A DNA stretch of 64,000 nt from Endomicrobiaceae bacterium (GTDB lineage Bacteria; Elusimicrobiota; Endomicrobiia; Endomicrobiales; Endomicrobiaceae), in assembly GCA_031553505.1 (NCBI GenBank), contig JAVBLP010000004.1, positions 89,577 through 153,576 on the forward strand, given 5' to 3'. Every line of letters starts with the position of its first letter. Positions within the stretch are counted from its first letter, which is position 1. Positions 60,501 through 64,000 of this stretch are shown here, piece after piece. The notes under the pieces are model-generated. The model was not told the origin of the DNA. It saw only the letters and a list, made by a program, of their open reading frames with translations, and made no database searches. A program made the position numbers and the translations under genes.

Positions 60501-62848
60501 TAGCGGCAATAGCGGAAACTATAATTATGAAGCCGCTGATAGTTAAAAATATGCAGCAAAAATATGTTGCCGATTCTAAAACTCACGGCAGGATTACGGC
60601 TGCCGTGTTTGGCGCGGTTGGATTTGGCGTATCTGCGGCTATTTCGCTGATCACCAAAATAAGTTTCGTATTTCTGGCGGCAATTGCTGCTCTTGTCACT
60701 ATTTTGATTAATGCTGTTGTATATAATGTAAAAATTGCTTTTGCAGTATATAGAGATAAAATAAGTACGGTGCATAAAGAAAATATAGAACAGGGGTCAT
60801 CAGGATATATTAAAAGGGTTGCAAGCGTTTTTGTGTTTCCCGTGTTAACGGTTGCGGCGGCAGGCGCGCTTACCATATTTTTAATCAACGGAAGCGTTGC
60901 CGCTTTATCTGCAGCTATAGCTTCCGGCGTAATCGTTTTATCCGCAATAATTAAATTGTTTATTGATTCAATGCGTCCCGTCTATCAGGATTATAAGCGG
61001 TATACAAGCAAAAAATCTAAAAAAACTATGGATTTATACGGGGCTACCCACCAAAGCTTAAATATAAATTTATTTTATTTAAGAAGTTCTACTATTAATA
61101 CTCCCATAGAAGCGCTCCACCGCACGGAGTTCAAAATGAAAAAAACTAAGTTCGGGGCGGAAATGAATATTTTGCTTTTCCCCGCGCGCTATGTGAAGAG
61201 AATTGGCGAACGCAAAATATATGATAACCTGACTTTTGTAGCAAGGGCGCGTGATAAAAATAATACCCCGATTTTTGCGGTATTCGATAAAGTTTCAGGA
61301 AGCGTTATATTGGCTCCTTACAGAGATCCCGAAGAATTCCCAGAACCGTTATACCTTACTTTTGATGAAATGGCTGACGCGCTCTACCGTAATAGTAATA
61401 AACTTATGGAGTTTATAACAAACAGGTTTACGGGAATGGGTCATACAGAGTTTGAAAATACTGAGCCAAGCGTTGTTGAAATTGACACGATTGACAGGAA
61501 TCATAAAGGGGTAGACAGGAGCAAAGTAAGAATACACTGGTATTCCTACGATAATAGCGAGCTTCTGAAAAACAGCGACCTCAACTACGAAATAGAATCT
61601 GCGCGTAACATAGCAAAGCAGGAAAAAGGGATGAGAATGAAAAGATACTTTGTGTTTTTGGAAAACAATATAAACACAAAAGAGAAATTCGCTGATTACC
61701 TTGAAAATACTTTTATACAGCTTAGCAACGGAAATATAATTGTCACTCCGGAGCTTGCAAAAAATCTTGCGGATGCCGGCCACCTGAAAGCGATTCTTGA
61801 CCTGCTTCATGAAAAAGGAGCAAGCATAATGGTTTCAAGAAGCGCAAAAAATACTGTCCAACTGCCGCAGTCCGCTGAACAGCTTTTTGACGGCGTTTAT
61901 CTTGCCGATGAGCTGATGTTTGAACTTAAAACCGAAAGCCAGAAAAAAGCGCTTGAGATTTCCAAGCCGGAAGATTTTGCAAAAGAAAATTTCAGGAAAA
62001 TTATAAACGGGCAGGATTACGAATATATTGTAATCCCTGAATCCGTTATTGAGAATTATGTGAAAGAGAACCCTATTTTAAGCAAAATAAACCTGCTGGA
62101 TTTCTTATCCGGCTTATTTGAAGATACTTCTTTTTCTTCTACAAGGAAGCTGGAAGGGTTGATTAGGAATTATGATATAAATTACTTTGTGGATAAATTC
62201 GGCAAAGTTGACAGAAGCGAGATAGATGACATTATAAGAGCCACATACGACAACAACAACAGCGATCCATATAGTGCGACGGACAACGTGCCTTTAAGGA
62301 ATTTTCTTGTTTCTAAAATAGGCGAACACGCTGAAATCGTTAAAATTTATGACGCATATATGGAACTTAATCCTAAAAAAGATTCATTTAGGACGCGTTT
62401 TATTGAAGATTATTTTACGAAAATATTAGTTGCCACGGAATACAGCAAGAGGGCTAATCTTTATCATGACACCAGAAGGCTGAACTGGGATGCGGAAAAT
62501 ATAACAGGCATCATCCTTTTAGAACAGGCTTTTTTAAGGGCGGACCGTAAAAGGCTGGTTGATGACGGCAGGATGGCAAAATTGCTGCAGGAAAAAAATG
62601 ACAAATACAGAAAGCCCGGATATTTAAACGAAGAAAACTATCTTGAAGAGTTGTCATTTATATATGTGGAAGGAAGCAGCGACGGAGCGATTTTTAGAAT
62701 ACCCGGAAGCGAAAGGCTTGCCGGCAGTTTAATAGATGCACTTTTCTATTTTGGCGCTAAAATAGAAATTCCTGAAATAGATAAAGATTTTACCAGAAAA
62801 CTGCGCATGAACGTAAACGCCGCGGCAGTAATAGCGCGCCAAGCATAA
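57596..62848 (+). CDS. giant (1750 aa) orphan polytopic membrane protein
   Basis: ATG at 57596 with GGGGG RBS. Signal peptide, exported N-terminal region of about 800 aa, about 8 TM helices (about 60190-60960), and a soluble C-terminal region of about 620 aa. Uninterrupted 5.25-kb ORF. Confidence 0.7.
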   Translation: MFFRKICSVITAACLMLTLGQPLFAAMPREESSVRQLFAESNGAAHSVVPDSFGQVTAKTNFDSPVVVVNIQDLHSHPQAQKNITGILAALSKQYNVKKVFIEGASGNVEVSWIKNISDEKFRERLSVQMLNSGVLTAGENFALNNNVELFGLEDKEVHEQNIKRLSRIYENEEKYASIAKSIKDEINVLAKTALSAENVKFIDTVEKYRAQKIDTAKYYKILLDYVEEISAAPGKYYNALPITNYSISEIEKVIALDKASKKLRRKKVSVELAKEIQEMKNTMSFSEYEDFIRYSANMQDIDAVCKFLYSKGVDGKTHPNLKTFVLLKELNSNINPVTLFEQEHALQEGIREALAGTQYEREISFLTSFSYYFEGYLTNQLTASGEYFFNKYAKDFKEIYAKHAFINVLPVIHEDFDFFGKYYSTNNKRNEIFINNVEKQVKLDTGKQYSQKDAGTMLKNAAEVIVLITGGYHSKGITELLNGKKVSSIVITPRIADDNFDTASLSYKETIISQGKVLKEALAFIVSSKLSPERRAYILGQTIAYLAANGVMFNENNINYLYEIMQEKIKEVFPVDTPQVVFQQQSNSIFMYIGNSEPIILAKDAHGNISFNYTRQARQEQVSASEKKSTVQKITSYFMKAFINAELADKSNEILYAVVKELFMENTAMYQWGPIPEIEKRMRMIEAGDTAVSRTIDGINISDVSRLPHFFQEAALIKQIELENNDSNKPSGGSKGKIMTPKEFFLSITQLFGVLFSIFKECEKAAAYTIDSTSETEVRKEEANISQLAAIKYTKKIMNGNFVRSLPHRVQVWLGSALETLVVKPALKAIDPEISGIFAAAHGQAGQAYIDRMETDIKFQIQAKNTSRMVFTVLTLPVTLMLYAYIQTITIVPNAILLSIGLAVPLVMMIAAVAGGIKESYVHYKSNLEVETAREKGESFYAPEMTLPVIKKILDSVSWMPVKIKIALAAIAETIIMKPLIVKNMQQKYVADSKTHGRITAAVFGAVGFGVSAAISLITKISFVFLAAIAALVTILINAVVYNVKIAFAVYRDKISTVHKENIEQGSSGYIKRVASVFVFPVLTVAAAGALTIFLINGSVAALSAAIASGVIVLSAIIKLFIDSMRPVYQDYKRYTSKKSKKTMDLYGATHQSLNINLFYLRSSTINTPIEALHRTEFKMKKTKFGAEMNILLFPARYVKRIGERKIYDNLTFVARARDKNNTPIFAVFDKVSGSVILAPYRDPEEFPEPLYLTFDEMADALYRNSNKLMEFITNRFTGMGHTEFENTEPSVVEIDTIDRNHKGVDRSKVRIHWYSYDNSELLKNSDLNYEIESARNIAKQEKGMRMKRYFVFLENNINTKEKFADYLENTFIQLSNGNIIVTPELAKNLADAGHLKAILDLLHEKGASIMVSRSAKNTVQLPQSAEQLFDGVYLADELMFELKTESQKKALEISKPEDFAKENFRKIINGQDYEYIVIPESVIENYVKENPILSKINLLDFLSGLFEDTSFSSTRKLEGLIRNYDINYFVDKFGKVDRSEIDDIIRATYDNNNSDPYSATDNVPLRNFLVSKIGEHAEIVKIYDAYMELNPKKDSFRTRFIEDYFTKILVATEYSKRANLYHDTRRLNWDAENITGIILLEQAFLRADRKRLVDDGRMAKLLQEKNDKYRKPGYLNEENYLEELSFIYVEGSSDGAIFRIPGSERLAGSLIDALFYFGAKIEIPEIDKDFTRKLRMNVNAAAVIARQA

Positions 62849-62877
62849 AATTATAATACTTGGGCTTGTCCTAAGTA

Positions 62878-62932
62878 TGCCGCCGGCAAGATTTGCATCG
62901 AGCATGTACAACAGCCGGCGGCAACTTTTTTT
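62878..62932 (+). terminator. possible terminator after the giant gene
   Basis: 10-bp stem tgccgccggc/gccggcggca (26-nt loop), followed by acTTTTTTT. Confidence 0.45.
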
Positions 62933-63340
62933 ATAGGTACCTTAAACGATTAACACTTAATAAACAACAAAGAACAATTAAAAACAACAAAAATGATTTA
63001 AAAATCAATTTGTTTATAGTTATAATTTTTTTGTCGTTTTTTCCGCCTTAATGCAGTTTATAAGAAACGATTTGCAAATTTTATTGTTTGAGGCACATTT
63101 GACCTTGTGAGCCATCTTCGAATGTCGTAATCGGGGGACCTGCTTTAAATGGAATATCTGATAACAACATTTAAGCATGATTGTTAGCATAAAAGCCGCA
63201 TATCAGCATACAGAACTTAAAAAATGGGTTCTGCGTAGGTAAAGTCTTAAAGTAGCTAAAAAAATATTAATTATTAATTGTTACTTGCCTTTTTATGTTA
63301 TAATGTTTTTCCTTCCAAAAAATAATAAAGAGGTATGGGA

Positions 63341-64000
63341 ATGAAAAAAAATCTATTAGTTTTTATTATGTTTTTTTGTACTTTTGCCTTTCCGGCGTAT
63401 ATTTACGCCGCGGGAAGCTCTGCCGGCACTGAATTTTCCGGAGTAAAATCCGCCAAGGTTTCAAAAAAGAAAATTATAGTTACCGAGAAAAACGGCAATA
63501 AAGCCGAATATGTAATAAAAGGCGTTTGTTACGCTCCTGACGTAAACGGCGATTTGTACTGCGCGGATTATCATAAAGATCTGCCTTTGATAAAAGAAAT
63601 CGGAGCTAACTCGCTCAGGACTTACAGGCCTTTGGGCTGTTATTACAGCGACGGCTCTTTTGACATTCAAAATTCTTTGGACATATTAAACACCTGCCTC
63701 AATGAAGGGCTTACAATAACCGTTGGTTTTTCGTACGAAGATATGGCTGACGGCGGACTTATGGAACAGTACCTCAAAGAGTTTGGCGACCATCCCGCTA
63801 TAATCGCGGTGGGTCTGGGCAATGAATATAATTATCACTATGACGAATGGTTTTCAAAAGAAGAATGGCTGGAAAGGCTTGCCGCGGGAGTAAAAATCGC
63901 GAAAAAATACGCCCCGAATAAAATAATCGCTACTGTTCACGGGGAAATGCCTTCCAAGGCAGAGTACAAAGAATACACAAATGCCGGCGTGCACCTTATA
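63341..64000 (+). CDS. secreted clan GH-A-like (beta/alpha)8 glycoside hydrolase, N-terminal part (3' end outside window)
   Basis: Not in the ORF track because it is open-ended. My translation from ATG 63341 (AGAGG RBS) gives a signal peptide, IKGVCYAPD, GANSLRTY and GLGNEYNYH motifs, with no stop before the window end. Confidence 0.6.
   Translation, partial: MKKNLLVFIMFFCTFAFPAYIYAAGSSAGTEFSGVKSAKVSKKKIIVTEKNGNKAEYVIKGVCYAPDVNGDLYCADYHKDLPLIKEIGANSLRTYRPLGCYYSDGSFDIQNSLDILNTCLNEGLTITVGFSYEDMADGGLMEQYLKEFGDHPAIIAVGLGNEYNYHYDEWFSKEEWLERLAAGVKIAKKYAPNKIIATVHGEMPSKAEYKEYTNAGVHLI

Noticed and set aside
62933-63340. About 400-nt non-coding region upstream of the glycoside-hydrolase gene as a riboswitch or sRNA
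   Set aside because: I could not recognise any known riboswitch core (TPP, SAM, FMN, cobalamin, c-di-GMP, glycine and others) or a convincing extended fold by eye. It ends with the common tail motif TAATTATTAATTGTTACTTGCC. It needs an Rfam scan before any claim.

Overview
This window is an origin-proximal chromosomal segment of a low-GC, diderm-type bacterium, judged from a YidC with a large periplasmic domain, an outer-membrane beta-barrel and a LolA-like lipoprotein. It is probably an anaerobe (IOR/PaaK arylpyruvate cluster). All family calls come from motif recognition by eye; no database search was possible. I support about 59 protein genes and found no rRNA, tRNA, CRISPR array, transposase, integrase or recognisable defence genes.

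Layout:
- 0-10 kb (minus strand): a biotin locus (bioB, FabG-like SDR, KAS I/II, bioF), hom, an aminotransferase and hup.
- 10.5-14.3 kb (plus strand): trpB2, a short pyruvate kinase, a degenerate CDF-like membrane protein and a ZIP transporter.
- 14.4-38.5 kb: 23 consecutive minus-strand genes. Read in their direction of transcription they run rpmH-rnpA-yidD-yidC-jag, three tandem RDD paralogues plus a flavoprotein, mnmE, rsmA, dnaA, dnaN, a DUF721/DciA-like gene, gyrB, gyrA and a glycerol-1-phosphate-dehydrogenase-like operon.
- 38.5-64 kb: after an abrupt strand switch at 38452..38553, 21 consecutive plus-strand genes. These include iorA-iorB and paaK...ACT interleaved with orphan membrane proteins, two perfect parS sites, parA, an orphan gene, parB, and a 1750-aa orphan polytopic membrane protein.

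Most notable observations:
1. dnaA carries a single in-frame TAG exactly at the conserved Gln of the QEEFFHTFN motif.
2. A modular, hairpin-rich intergenic repeat family of up to about 350 nt occurs in at least 5 copies, with compensatory stem changes between copies.
3. Origin geometry is unusual. rpmH and dnaA are co-directional and 10 kb apart, the strand switch is not at dnaA, and DnaA boxes are scattered.
4. The RDD-paralogue operon and the giant membrane protein are candidate undescribed systems.
5. A LolA-like lipoprotein gene is frameshifted.

I could not identify a clear novel multi-gene system with recognisable enzymatic logic. The candidates above are ranked honestly.
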